Shown here: positions 47,415 to 57,413 of the stretch, piece after piece
Numbering within the stretch: the stretch's first letter is position 1
Layout: the number at the start of each line of letters is the position of its first letter
Assembly (NCBI GenBank): GCA_964530725.1
Contig: CAZGYV010000001.1
Span: forward strand, 15,829-79,828
Length of the DNA: 64,000 nucleotides
Direction: 5' to 3'
Source: an uncultured Candidatus Saccharibacteria bacterium
Lineage (GTDB): Bacteria; Patescibacteriota; Saccharimonadia; CAILAD01; CAZGYV01
Position numbers and translations under genes: made by a program
The notes under the pieces: model-generated
What the model saw: only the letters and a program-made list of their open reading frames with translations
Told to the model about the DNA's origin: nothing
The model's database searches: none

Positions 47415-47981
47415 CTACATGCCCAGATCGGCAGCGACCCTTTTGATCGTCACTCGAGCATCCTCAGGCGACAAGCCGACGTTGGCCAAGCAGGCGTAAG
47501 CCAGCCTGACTGCTCGACTGTTGGCCTCATCCTCCGCACCATCGCGAAAACGTCGAATGGCCGCCTTGGCGGCAGACTCCTCGTTTTTCGCTATCTCGCG
47601 CTGCCGCTCGCTAATGTCGAGCAAGCGCTCAAGCTCAGCAATCCGAGCTTGCAGGAGACTCAACTCCTGCTTCATGTCACCGAGCAGACGACTGTCTTGC
47701 TCGAGAAGCTTGCGTTGCTTCTCAACGTGACCCTCCAGCTTTTTGGTGTAGTCGCGCCATTTGGTATCGATGGGCTGACGCTCCTCAAGGGGGTTGTCAG
47801 GCACAGGCTGCGGAGGCTCAGGCGGAGTCACCACCTCAATCTGGTCGGTGATCTCCTCTGACTCCACTGGCACCTCTACCGGCGGAACGTATTCAGCCGA
47901 CTGCTCTTCAGCAGCTCGGGCTTCGGCCTCAGCGGCTGCTTCAGCTGCGATGGCGTCCAACTCGTCCATGTCAAAATTCAT
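47415..47981 (-). CDS. High-GC-block acidic coiled-coil protein (189 aa from ATG 47981)
   Basis: GGGAG 5 nt upstream of ATG 47981 (MNFDMDELD...); Glu/Ala-rich N-term, heptad region KQRKLLEQDSRLLGDMKQELSLLQARIAELERLLD. Confidence 0.45.
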   Translation of the reverse strand: MNFDMDELDAIAAEAAAEAEARAAEEQSAEYVPPVEVPVESEEITDQIEVVTPPEPPQPVPDNPLEERQPIDTKWRDYTKKLEGHVEKQRKLLEQDSRLLGDMKQELSLLQARIAELERLLDISERQREIAKNEESAAKAAIRRFRDGAEDEANSRAVRLAYACLANVGLSPEDARVTIKRVAADLGM

Positions 47982-48137
47982 TTTCGCTCCCAATGTAAGG
48001 AACTTCTCTTGAAGCTTTTGCCTCAGAGTCAGCCAAGGATTTTGAAAAATCCTCAAGCTGATTACTAACGCAAAATGCTAGGGCAAGGGATCGGGCACTC
48101 GATATGAGCACCCGATCCCTCACTTACCCCTCCAACT

Positions 48138-49118
48138 CTACTCGCGCACAGTCTGCCGAATGGCCGTTTTCACCAGTCTGATGGCGGCGGTTGGCGTCAC
48201 TCGCCACTTTTCGACAAACACCGGATAGTGCTCGTCGATGAGACAACGGTAACCATCTTGTCGCTCCTGGGCGTGGCGCTCGGGGTCGTCATGCAGCTTG
48301 TGCAGATCGGCCCAGAGACCCTCAGTCGCGCGGGCAACATCACGACACTCGTCGTGCATTAACGCCCATGACAGCGGCTGCGGGCCAACCTTTCGCTTGC
48401 CACGGCGCTGGCTGCGCTTGGAGTCAGGATTAGGCAAGGTCGCCCGCCCGTCGATCAGAGCATTGAGCCTACCACGATCACGTGGCGGCATAGCCTGACC
48501 GCAGAGTGCGCAGTTTGGCACAGCCAGCCAGAGCATCGAAAGATACTTCTCCAGTCGCTCCTGAGTCCGCCGCGAAATGCGGTAAAACCGAAGCTCCGGA
48601 TTGGTTGCTCGTTGCTCAGGTGTCAGCAGTGCCCGCTCCTGATACCACTCGAATGAAACGCGAATCTCTTCGCGCGGATCGAGCAGATCGCGGTAGGCGA
48701 AGTTTCGCCCCCGCTGCTCGACTTCCTCTGGTATCCAGCCCGGGCCAGCCGTCTGTAGCACACTGATAGCCTCGGATAGCTTATCGACCAGCCTGTGGTC
48801 GACATCGCGTGGCTCGGGCGCTACTTGGAAGCGCCAACGCCACTCAGCCTCACGGCTGGTGAACGTCGGCTGCGGTCGAACGATCTCGGTCGAGGTGCTC
48901 GTCACGACCTTTCCCTCCTGATCATTCGCGATCTCGGCTTGGTTTTCCAGTGCCTGCCGCAGCAACGCTGCCTCGCTTGATATCAGCATCGAGTTGTCAC
49001 GCAGATCGCGCTTGACACCAGCCGACGGAGCGAGCTTGAGCAGCTCCTTCGGCGTAATGCCGAGGTCATCGGCTACCTTGTCGAGTCGCCGACGGACCGC
49101 AACTTGAGGATTACCCAT
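48138..49118 (-). CDS. High-GC-block protein (326 aa) with N-terminal HeH/IF2-N/Rho-N-like helix-extension-helix motif and internal CxxC
   Basis: AAGGAG 8 nt upstream of ATG 49118; RLDKVADDLGITPKELLKLA motif; CALCGQ pair; otherwise no known family. Confidence 0.5.
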   Translation of the reverse strand: MGNPQVAVRRRLDKVADDLGITPKELLKLAPSAGVKRDLRDNSMLISSEAALLRQALENQAEIANDQEGKVVTSTSTEIVRPQPTFTSREAEWRWRFQVAPEPRDVDHRLVDKLSEAISVLQTAGPGWIPEEVEQRGRNFAYRDLLDPREEIRVSFEWYQERALLTPEQRATNPELRFYRISRRTQERLEKYLSMLWLAVPNCALCGQAMPPRDRGRLNALIDGRATLPNPDSKRSQRRGKRKVGPQPLSWALMHDECRDVARATEGLWADLHKLHDDPERHAQERQDGYRCLIDEHYPVFVEKWRVTPTAAIRLVKTAIRQTVRE

Positions 49119-49490
49119 TTATTTTCTCCTTATCTGGAGTTGATTCACCTGGGGGCCGGTGACGCCAAAAATTTAACGCCACAACGGGCACCGCAAGATG
49201 CCTCTATTCCATCGGAGAAAATCTGAAGAAAATCGGAAATCCGACTTGATTAAAGGGCAGAATGCTGCCGTCAATTAAGAAATAACAGCACGATTCCACC
49301 CTTCACTCTCGTCAAAATATTCCTGAGTGATATTTGAGTAGTTTTGGAGTATATTAATTTGCTAGCGTTTGTCACTCAATAACTTAGGTGAAAACGCCGA
49401 TGTTTTAATCTACTATATTTATCAATATTTGTCAAGTGTTTCTAGGGTTGTTATGTTTAGCTAAATCAGCAGCAGTGCTGCTCGCCAAAA

Positions 49491-50810
49491 CTACAACTCG
49501 CAAGCGGCTCGAAAAGCGTCGCCGCGCTGAGCGTAACCTGTGAACATATCAAAGCTGGCACAGGCTGGTGATAACAGCACCACATCGCCCGCTTGAGCGG
49601 CCTGACGCGACAGACGGACGGCCTGCTTGAGACCATCGGCTTGCTGAAAATGATGATAATTAGCCACCGCCAGGCACTTAGCAATTCTAGCTGCCATCTC
49701 GCCCATTAAAACGACTTGCTTGACATTTGACTTGGCTATGGCCGCGGCTAGCTGGGTGAAATCATGGCCCTTGTCCGAGCCGCCCAAGATTAGTATTTTT
49801 GGCTCATCGAGCGACTCGATCGCCGCGATGGCAGTGGCCGGATTGGTTGAAATTGAATCGTCGATATAGCGCACGCCAGCACTCGTTGCCACGACCTCCA
49901 GACGATGCGGCAGCGGCTTGAAGCTTTTAACGGCTCTGATAATCACCTCCTTGTCGCCGACTATCTCCCAAGTAGCAGCGATCGCAGCAGCCACATTTTG
50001 CAGGTTATGGCGGCCAAGCAAGGGGATGTCACTAACAGCGACAATCGGCTCGGCACCATACCAGATCCAACCCGCCCGCTCACTGACGCCATTTGGCAAA
50101 TAAAGCTGATTACTAAAGGGCAGCCGGCTCTCGGCCCGCGAAAACTGCACGGCGGCCTTACTAATCTCGTTGTCATCACAATAAATGGCTTTGTCAGCCG
50201 GACCTTGGTGGGCGAAAATCTGCTTTTTCGCCGCGACATACTCCTCCATATCGGCATGCGCGTCCATATGATCTTCGACGATCATTAGCATGACGGCGAT
50301 ATGCGGGCTTTTCTGAAGATCTTGGAGCTGAAAACTTGACAGCTCAAAAACCACGTAATCATCCTTCTCGATCTTGGGCAGTACATCGAGAGCTGGCTTG
50401 CCAATATTACCGACTAACCAGACCTTTTTACCAGCCGCTTCCAATATGACGGCAATTAGGCTCGATGTCGTACCCTTGCCTTTGGTACCGGTCACGCCAA
50501 TTATCTGAGCCGGACAATGATCGAAAAATTCTTGCGTCAAAGAGCTTAAGTGAGTCTTGACCTTGAGCATCGTTGGCAAAATATTGGCCGTGCGATAGAC
50601 CCGATCATAGCCCTTAAAATCTAAGCCGGCAAAGCCATTGATCGAGCCAACATTAATCGCTTCGACAGCCTTGGGCAAATGATTGATTGGCGAGCTCGCG
50701 GCGGTTTTGTTGTTTGTGTAGTAAAAAATAGTAACCTGAGACGTGCGAGCGCGAAAGTACTTGACCAGACTCTCACCCTCTATGCCATAGCCAAGAACCG
50801 CTATTTTCAT
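49491..50810 (-). CDS. murD: UDP-N-acetylmuramoylalanine--D-glutamate ligase
   Basis: N-terminal Rossmann-like IAVLGYGIEG, Mur-ligase P-loop GVTGTKGKGTT, 439 aa; ATGA overlap with secA. Confidence 0.75.
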   Translation of the reverse strand: MKIAVLGYGIEGESLVKYFRARTSQVTIFYYTNNKTAASSPINHLPKAVEAINVGSINGFAGLDFKGYDRVYRTANILPTMLKVKTHLSSLTQEFFDHCPAQIIGVTGTKGKGTTSSLIAVILEAAGKKVWLVGNIGKPALDVLPKIEKDDYVVFELSSFQLQDLQKSPHIAVMLMIVEDHMDAHADMEEYVAAKKQIFAHQGPADKAIYCDDNEISKAAVQFSRAESRLPFSNQLYLPNGVSERAGWIWYGAEPIVAVSDIPLLGRHNLQNVAAAIAATWEIVGDKEVIIRAVKSFKPLPHRLEVVATSAGVRYIDDSISTNPATAIAAIESLDEPKILILGGSDKGHDFTQLAAAIAKSNVKQVVLMGEMAARIAKCLAVANYHHFQQADGLKQAVRLSRQAAQAGDVVLLSPACASFDMFTGYAQRGDAFRAACEL

Positions 50811-53407
50811 CGTCGCTTTTTCTTCTTTGCCTTTTTACTTTTTTTGGCGGCGCGGACTGGCTTAGACGGACCGCGTTGAGTAGTACGAGTGCGAGCATTG
50901 GTCTTGCCGCTTTGTTCAGCCTCGGCCTCGTTAGCCGAAGACGAAGCAATGGCCGTTTTAGCGCCCTTGGTAATGTCTGTCTCGATTGGCGGCGGGGCGG
51001 ACTCGATATTAATCGCGACTTTGAAAATCGTCGAGGCGATCTCGGCGTTAATGCTACGCTCAAGCCGGCGAAACATAGTAAAAGCCTCGGCCTTATACTC
51101 GACTAGCGGGTCACGCTGGCCGTAGCCACGCAGGCCAATACCAGCCCGCAAGTGGTCCATCGCTTCTAGGTGATACAGCCAGGCGCTATCAATCACCTTC
51201 AAGCAAACTAATCGCTCCATGATCCGGACGCCCTCTTCGCCAAACTGCGCTTCTCGATCTTGATAAACCTTGTCAGCTATTCGCATCAGATCGTCCACGA
51301 CGTCGGCGGCGAGCTTTGACTTAGTAGTTTTTGCCCAACCTTCAGGTACAGGAATAATGTTATTAGCCGCTTCGCCAATCTTGTCGATTGCCACGTCGCC
51401 GGTTTTTTCATTCACATTAGCAGTGTAAATAGCACTAAATTCATCTTTGATGAGTCCAGTAATTTCTTGCTTGAGAGTTTTGTTGTCAAGTACGTTACGG
51501 CGCCGAACATAGATAATTTCACGGTGTGAATTCATAACGTCATCGTATTCGACTAAGTGTTTGCGAATATCAAAATTATGACCCTCGACCTTTTTCTGGG
51601 CCGCCTCGAGTGATCGCGTGATCATAGCGTTCTCAATCGGCATATCCTCTGGTAGCTTGAGGGTGTTCATGACAGACGCTATCCGCTCCGAGCCGAATAT
51701 CCGCATCAGATCATCATCTAAGCTAACGAAAAACTGGCTTGAACCCGGGTCACCCTGACGGCCGGCTCGACCGCGCAACTGGTTGTCAATGCGGCGCGAT
51801 TCGTGGCGCTCGGTACCAAGGACGTGCAGGCCACCGAGCTTATCAACACCTTCACCCAATACAATGTCCGTACCACGACCAGCAATATTGGTCGCTAGCG
51901 TAACGGCCCCGCGTTGGCCAGCCGAGGCGATAATATCTGCTTCTTGCTCGTTATTCTTAGCATTCAAAATCTGGTGCGGAATTTTAGCGCTTTTGAGCAT
52001 GCGACTTAAAAGCTCGTTTTTCTCAATGCTGACAGTTCCTATCAGTACTGGCTGACCGATTTGATGACGATGACCAACTTCGCCCACGACAGCTTCGAAT
52101 TTAGCCTGCTCGGTCTTATAGATGCGATCTTTGAGATCGTCACGCACCATCGGCATGTGGGTTGGGATCGAGGTCACCTCAAGCTTATAAATCTTGGAAA
52201 ATTCCTCGGCTTCGGTAGCGGCCGTGCCAGTCATGCCAGCAAGTTTGTCGTATAAGCGGAATAGATTTTGAAAAGTCACTGTCGCTAGGGTCTGGCTTTC
52301 CTGCTGGATCGGTACAGCTTCCTTGGCCTCAATCGCCTGGTGTAAACCCTCGCTATAACGGCGGCCAGGTAGTAAACGGCCGGTAAATTCATCGACGATT
52401 ATGATTTCGCCATCGGGATTAACAACATAGTCGCGGTCGCGCTTAAAAATTGCCTCGGCCTTGAGGGCCGCTTCGATATGATGCACTTCTTCTAGTCGGC
52501 CAGCTTCGTAAACATTATCGACGCCCAGAGCCTTCTCGATCGCCGCGATACCGTCATCGGTCAAGCTGACGGCTTTTTGCTTTTCGTCGAGCGTGTAATC
52601 TGTCTCATGTTTAAGATTTTGGGCGATCTTAGCAAAAGCGTAGTAGCGGTCGGTCGATTTGGCATGTGGCTGGGAAATAATCAACGGCGTCCGCGCTTCA
52701 TCGATCAAAATCGAGTCAACCTCATCGACAATGGCAAAATTCAACGGTCGCTGCGTCACCTGCGCCAGATCCTGCACCATGTTGTCGCGCAAATAATCAA
52801 AACCGTATTCGTTGTTCGTACCATAAGTAATATCAGCCGCGTAAGCCTGCTGACGAGTAACCGGGCGCAGATGCCGCAAGCGCTCGTCGCCATGGCTCTC
52901 ATCAGCATACTCCGGGTCATAAATAAGGCTTTGATCGTGAATGATCACGCCAGTTGATAGACCAAGAAAATGGTATATCTGTGCCATCCAACCAGCATCA
53001 CGGCGAGCTAAGTAATCGTTGACAGTGATCACATGTACACCTTTGCCAGTTAGGGCGTTAAGGTAGACCGGTGCGGTTGCTACCAGCGTTTTTCCCTCAC
53101 CAGTGCGCATTTCGGCAATTTTGCCCTGGTGCAAGACCATGCCGCCGATCAACTGGACATCAAAATGGCGCATGCCAAGCACACGGCGGCTGGCTTCGCG
53201 CGCAACAGCAAAAGCCTCGGGCAAGATGTCATCAAGACTTTTGCCTTTGTCTAGGGCAGCTTTAAAATCATCGGTTTTAGCCGCCAGCAGCTTATCGGAA
53301 AGCTTTTTTAAGTCTCCTTCGTAAGAATTAATTTGCTCGGCGACCACGCGATCTTTTTTAATCTCGCGCGCGTTCGAATCACCAAAAATACTAGTCAAAA
53401 TCGACAT
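50807..53407 (-). CDS. secA: Preprotein translocase ATPase SecA
   Basis: DEAD-motor motifs (MRTGEGKTL, DEVDSILIDEARTPLIIS), 866 aa, basic C-terminal tail. Confidence 0.9.
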   Translation of the reverse strand: MSILTSIFGDSNAREIKKDRVVAEQINSYEGDLKKLSDKLLAAKTDDFKAALDKGKSLDDILPEAFAVAREASRRVLGMRHFDVQLIGGMVLHQGKIAEMRTGEGKTLVATAPVYLNALTGKGVHVITVNDYLARRDAGWMAQIYHFLGLSTGVIIHDQSLIYDPEYADESHGDERLRHLRPVTRQQAYAADITYGTNNEYGFDYLRDNMVQDLAQVTQRPLNFAIVDEVDSILIDEARTPLIISQPHAKSTDRYYAFAKIAQNLKHETDYTLDEKQKAVSLTDDGIAAIEKALGVDNVYEAGRLEEVHHIEAALKAEAIFKRDRDYVVNPDGEIIIVDEFTGRLLPGRRYSEGLHQAIEAKEAVPIQQESQTLATVTFQNLFRLYDKLAGMTGTAATEAEEFSKIYKLEVTSIPTHMPMVRDDLKDRIYKTEQAKFEAVVGEVGHRHQIGQPVLIGTVSIEKNELLSRMLKSAKIPHQILNAKNNEQEADIIASAGQRGAVTLATNIAGRGTDIVLGEGVDKLGGLHVLGTERHESRRIDNQLRGRAGRQGDPGSSQFFVSLDDDLMRIFGSERIASVMNTLKLPEDMPIENAMITRSLEAAQKKVEGHNFDIRKHLVEYDDVMNSHREIIYVRRRNVLDNKTLKQEITGLIKDEFSAIYTANVNEKTGDVAIDKIGEAANNIIPVPEGWAKTTKSKLAADVVDDLMRIADKVYQDREAQFGEEGVRIMERLVCLKVIDSAWLYHLEAMDHLRAGIGLRGYGQRDPLVEYKAEAFTMFRRLERSINAEIASTIFKVAINIESAPPPIETDITKGAKTAIASSSANEAEAEQSGKTNARTRTTQRGPSKPVRAAKKSKKAKKKKRR

Positions 53408-53480
53408 TAAATATCTTCTCTTTCTTTTCTAATTCTGTAAAATTATAGCTCAGATTAGCTCAATCAGTCGAGGATAAGTA

Positions 53481-53849
53481 TTACTCATCATCCGACACCT
53501 GAGTGCGCTTAGCCAGCCACTCCTTAACCCGTGAGCGCTTAACACCGTGCTTATCCTTGTACTTACGGATTTGCAGCTTGAGTTTCTCCTCGACAATATC
53601 AACACCAGCATAGGGGTTGAGCGTAGCCGTATCGGCCACTATATCCGGTCCTGGCACCTCGAGATAGGCTTTGACTTTGTATTTATTGTCTTCTTTGCCG
53701 GAAGGGTCACGAAAAATCTCTACTCGCATCGCTTTGGCCTTATGCTGTCGAGGTAAATAGCGGTCGAGCCGACCGAGTTTACGCTCGACATAGGCTTCTA
53801 GGTCCGCATCAATTTCATATTGGCGGCTGGATAATTGAACTTTTATCAT
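53481..53849 (-). CDS. hpf: Ribosome hibernation-promoting factor / RaiA family (short form)
   Basis: MIKVQLSSRQYEIDADLEAYVERKLGRLDRY... typical sigma-54 modulation protein fold signature; 122 aa. Confidence 0.8.
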   Translation of the reverse strand: MIKVQLSSRQYEIDADLEAYVERKLGRLDRYLPRQHKAKAMRVEIFRDPSGKEDNKYKVKAYLEVPGPDIVADTATLNPYAGVDIVEEKLKLQIRKYKDKHGVKRSRVKEWLAKRTQVSDDE

Positions 53850-53859
53850 CTCTTCCTCC

Positions 53860-55086
53860 TTATAGATTATTTGACCCGTAGTATTTTTGCAGCGCTTGCG
53901 GAATTTTTATTTCGCCAGCTTTTGTTTGGTGGTTTTCGAGCAGAGCGATAGTGGTTCGGCTGGATGTGACGGCCGTGCCATTGAGCGTGTGCGCATAGGC
54001 CAGCTTACCATCTTCATCGCGGTAGCGAATGTTGAGGCGCCTTGCCTGATAGTCAGTACAGTCAGAGCAGCTGGTCAGCTCACGATAACTATTGTCGGCT
54101 GGCGACCAATATTCGATATCGTACTTTTCGTAAGCTGGTGCGCTCAAATCTCCAGCCGCGATTCTTACCACTCGATAAGGAATTTCTAATTGTTGGCAGA
54201 TTTCCTCCTCAAGCTGCTTGATTTTAGCAAGCATTTCGGCTGATTGGCTAGGGCCACAAAAAATATACATTTCAAGCTTGTCGAACTGGTGAACCCGGTA
54301 CAGCCCTTTTGAGAACTTGCCGTAAGCCCCGGCTTCCTTGCGATAGCAGGGTGATAGAGCCGCCAGCAGCTTGGGTGCACTCAAATCAATCGTTTCTCCG
54401 GCAAACATGCCAGTTAGGGGGATTTCGGCCGTAGCGATCAAGTGTAAGTTCTCACCCTCAATCTTATATATTTGATCTTCATCGCCGCGTGGCGAGAAAC
54501 CAGTACCCTCGGCGATCTGCTCGGTAACCATATGTGGCACCGACACCATGGTAAACCCAGCCGCCCGCAACATATCCATCGCCAAGCTATTGACCGCCCA
54601 GCTTAGGCGCACCAGCTTGTCTAGGCCGTAGTAAAACTTACTGCCCGCCACTCGAGCACCGGCTTCAAAGTCAAAAAGGCCGAGCTTTTGTGATAAAGTG
54701 ACGTGATCAAGGGGTTCAAAATCGAACTTTGGCTTTTCGCCACTAGTTTTGTCTTGGCGATTATTTTTTTCATCACCATCTGGCGTATTTGAGGCGATTA
54801 AATTCGGTACTTGAGCTAAGAGTTGCTGATAATCCTCTACCGCCCGCTGATAATTCTTGCTAGCCACCTCATAGGCGGCTTTGATTTTTTGCATTTTTTC
54901 AAGCTCTTGAGCAGTCGGCTTGCCATCTAGCTTAAGCTTGGCACGTAAATCTTCTGATTTTTGCTGCAGCTCAATACGTTCTTTGTCGAGGCCGAATAGC
55001 TTGTCTAAGTCTATTTTTAGGCCGCGGCGCTTGATACTATCCTTGACCTCATCTGGATGTTCCCGAATATATCGAATATCTAACAT
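53860..55086 (-). CDS. serS: Seryl-tRNA synthetase
   Basis: N-terminal coiled-coil arm (MLDIRYIREHPDEVK...), class II motifs 2/3 (FRKEAGAYGK, GSGLA-like), 408 aa. Confidence 0.9.
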   Translation of the reverse strand: MLDIRYIREHPDEVKDSIKRRGLKIDLDKLFGLDKERIELQQKSEDLRAKLKLDGKPTAQELEKMQKIKAAYEVASKNYQRAVEDYQQLLAQVPNLIASNTPDGDEKNNRQDKTSGEKPKFDFEPLDHVTLSQKLGLFDFEAGARVAGSKFYYGLDKLVRLSWAVNSLAMDMLRAAGFTMVSVPHMVTEQIAEGTGFSPRGDEDQIYKIEGENLHLIATAEIPLTGMFAGETIDLSAPKLLAALSPCYRKEAGAYGKFSKGLYRVHQFDKLEMYIFCGPSQSAEMLAKIKQLEEEICQQLEIPYRVVRIAAGDLSAPAYEKYDIEYWSPADNSYRELTSCSDCTDYQARRLNIRYRDEDGKLAYAHTLNGTAVTSSRTTIALLENHQTKAGEIKIPQALQKYYGSNNL

Positions 55087-55126
55087 GATTCTATTATACG
55101 CTCATTCTCTACCCATGAGCAAAAGC

Positions 55127-56698
55127 TTATGCTTGGCGCTTAAGCCGATTAATAACGAAATTTTGCTCCAAATTACTCAAAAAATAACCGATTTTGGGCC
55201 CAACCGCCTGACCTAGAAATAGCTGATAGAGCAGCGCGAAAGCTTCAGCTGGCTTAATCTGAGCCTCGATGGCACCGGCATAAACGCTATCGTGAATGGC
55301 TTGAGCAGTGAAGTCGCTCTTGGTAAGCGTAGTGGCCAATTCGTCCAAGAACCGTGCTTGGGTCTTGGACAATTCGATTACTGGACAATCTTTTTGCAGC
55401 TCAAATTTAATATTGTCAGGCGCGTATTTATCGAGCCAATTAGCCACAAAATCTAGCTCGCGCTCGATTACTGGCCAGTCCTTTTCTACTGTCGCCCCAA
55501 AACCACTACGGCGCAGTATCTCACGCAGCTGGTCTTGATTGTCACGAGCGGTTTGAGCAGCGAAGACGAGGTGATTAAACGGCACACCCGAAACGGTCCG
55601 AACCGCCGCGCCACCAAGGTCGCGAGAGAACAGCAGCGCCTCTGCAAATTCCGGCTTAGGGCTAGCATCAACTTGCCCCTCAACCACAGAATATTCTTCC
55701 AGTAAGTTATAGAGTCCACGGTGCAGGTCAAAATCAAGCTGCTTCTCGGGCCGAGACTTGATCACAAAATAGCGCAGTACTTCCGCGGGCATGACCTCCA
55801 AGACCTGGGCGGGCGTATATAGATTACCCTTGCTAGAGCTCATTTTCTTGGTGTCACCTTTGAGATGAATATTGCCATATTGCGCCCCAGGCACGGGAGG
55901 CTCGAAGCCAAAAACCTCACGGGCAATTCGCGCGCCCGTATCATAACTGCCACCAGCCGCACCATGCTCCTGATGCGAAAAGGGCTCCACCATCACACCC
56001 AGAACCTGCCAGCGAACCGGCCACTCTAAGCGCCAATTCATCTTGACACCCCCTTTAGTATAATCAACCTCATTGATAGTACGGGCCGATTTGTCCCAGC
56101 TCGACAACTGACCCTGCTCAAATTGCCCGCCAGCCGTCATCACCTGTAGCGGCGTCCAATCCGCCTCCAGCTGGCGATTGCTAATGCTTTCTAGAATTGT
56201 CCGCACCGAGTCGATTTTCTCTAGAACTTGCTCGATGGCAGACGTCATCTGGCCAGATAAATATAACTCTGAATTACGCACCACTCGGGTTGGCGCAATA
56301 CCCATCTGCCTGGCGTAGTCTTCGAAATTAGCATAAAAATGTTCAGCGTAGCTGACATGGCAATTGCCTTCTGGATCGGGCACTTTAAAAAGTGGCCAGC
56401 CAACGTATTTTTCATACTCTGGCGGTAAAAAATCATAGCGCCGGCGTAGCGGATCGAAGTCATCAATCACATGCACATGTTCGACCGTGCGACCATCTTG
56501 ACGTAGCCGCCAGCAGATCGCCTCAGCTGTCAGAATTTCGCGAAAATGACCAATATGGTAGTGCGCCGAGGGCGAGATACCGGAACTAACAATAATCTTG
56601 CCGTCAGGATGTCGCTTGGCAATATCGGCCGTCGCTATATCGAGCCAAAATTTCGATTGCGTTTTGTCTGCTTGATTCATTTTTTTATTATATACCAT
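55127..56698 (-). CDS. lysK: Lysyl-tRNA synthetase, class I (archaeal-type LysK)
   Basis: SGISPSAHYHIGHFREILTAEAI (HIGH-type), KMSSSKGN (KMSKS), ~523 aa. Confidence 0.75.
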   Translation of the reverse strand: MVYNKKMNQADKTQSKFWLDIATADIAKRHPDGKIIVSSGISPSAHYHIGHFREILTAEAICWRLRQDGRTVEHVHVIDDFDPLRRRYDFLPPEYEKYVGWPLFKVPDPEGNCHVSYAEHFYANFEDYARQMGIAPTRVVRNSELYLSGQMTSAIEQVLEKIDSVRTILESISNRQLEADWTPLQVMTAGGQFEQGQLSSWDKSARTINEVDYTKGGVKMNWRLEWPVRWQVLGVMVEPFSHQEHGAAGGSYDTGARIAREVFGFEPPVPGAQYGNIHLKGDTKKMSSSKGNLYTPAQVLEVMPAEVLRYFVIKSRPEKQLDFDLHRGLYNLLEEYSVVEGQVDASPKPEFAEALLFSRDLGGAAVRTVSGVPFNHLVFAAQTARDNQDQLREILRRSGFGATVEKDWPVIERELDFVANWLDKYAPDNIKFELQKDCPVIELSKTQARFLDELATTLTKSDFTAQAIHDSVYAGAIEAQIKPAEAFALLYQLFLGQAVGPKIGYFLSNLEQNFVINRLKRQA

Positions 56699-56703
56699 GA
56701 CAG

Positions 56704-56740
56704 ATCAAAAACCCGGCTTTTTATCACCGGGCTTTTTAAA
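56704..56740. terminator. Bidirectional intrinsic terminator between greA and lysK
   Basis: CCCGG-CTTTTTATCA-CCGGG hairpin flanked by A5 (5') and T5 (3'). Confidence 0.5.
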
Positions 56741-56757
56741 GTCTCAACTTATATTTT

Positions 56758-57225
56758 CTACTTGATCTTAATGATTTTGTACACTACTGTGCCGGTTGGG
56801 ATTTCAACTTCTATTTGCTCACCAGGCTTCTTACCGAGTAGCGCGCGGCCAATCGGTGATTCGTTGGAGATCTTGCCCGACTCCAAATCGGCTTCAGTTG
56901 ACCCTACAATCTGAAACTGTTGAGTGCCATCCTCCAGCTCGACATGCACAGTCGAGCCGACCGCAACGACGTCGCCAGTACCACTTTCCTCGATGATTTT
57001 AGCGTTTTTTAGGATATTTTCTATCTCGCTAATTCTGCCCTCAATAAAAGCCTGGCGATCTTTAGCATCATCCCAGCTCGCGTTCTCGCTCAAATCACCA
57101 AATTCGCGAGCTTCTTTAAGAGCCTTGGCGACCTCTTTGCGCTTATTCTTGACTAAGTCATCAAGCTCTTCGCGCAACTTATCCGCGCCTTCTGGCGTTA
57201 AATAAAATTCTTTTTTCTTGTTCAT
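56758..57225 (-). CDS. greA: Transcription elongation factor GreA
   Basis: N-terminal coiled-coil with EFGDLSENA (acidic tip), C-terminal FKBP-like domain; GGGAGGA 8 nt upstream of ATG 57225. Confidence 0.85.
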   Translation of the reverse strand: MNKKKEFYLTPEGADKLREELDDLVKNKRKEVAKALKEAREFGDLSENASWDDAKDRQAFIEGRISEIENILKNAKIIEESGTGDVVAVGSTVHVELEDGTQQFQIVGSTEADLESGKISNESPIGRALLGKKPGEQIEVEIPTGTVVYKIIKIK

Positions 57226-57413
57226 TTCACCCATCCTCCCCATCGCTCGCGAGATATATAATCACGACCGATCATTGAAAATTGATTAAAGTAAAAAAGG
57301 CTTTTTTACGGCCCGTACGTACGTTGGAATTGTGTTTAGTCAGTCTTTGAGAATTAAATACAGAATCATTCTCGCACCAACATTATAAGCTGTCAAGTCA
57401 CGCTTCTGATCTG

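Larger units (their letters stand above)
44790..49140. other. Compositional island: ~62-67% GC six-ORF block in ~50% GC genome, all minus strand, two coupled sub-operons
   Basis: Windowed GC counted by hand at 45001-45060 (67%) and 48301-48360 (62%) vs murA (52%) and recombinase islet (37%). Flanked by AT-rich intergenic DNA. Confidence 0.6.

Noticed and set aside
47982-48056. Extended start of coiled-coil ORF at 48056 (MRIFQNPWLTL...).
   Set aside because: No RBS. GGGAG is correctly spaced before ATG 47981, and the N-terminal extension has improbable composition.
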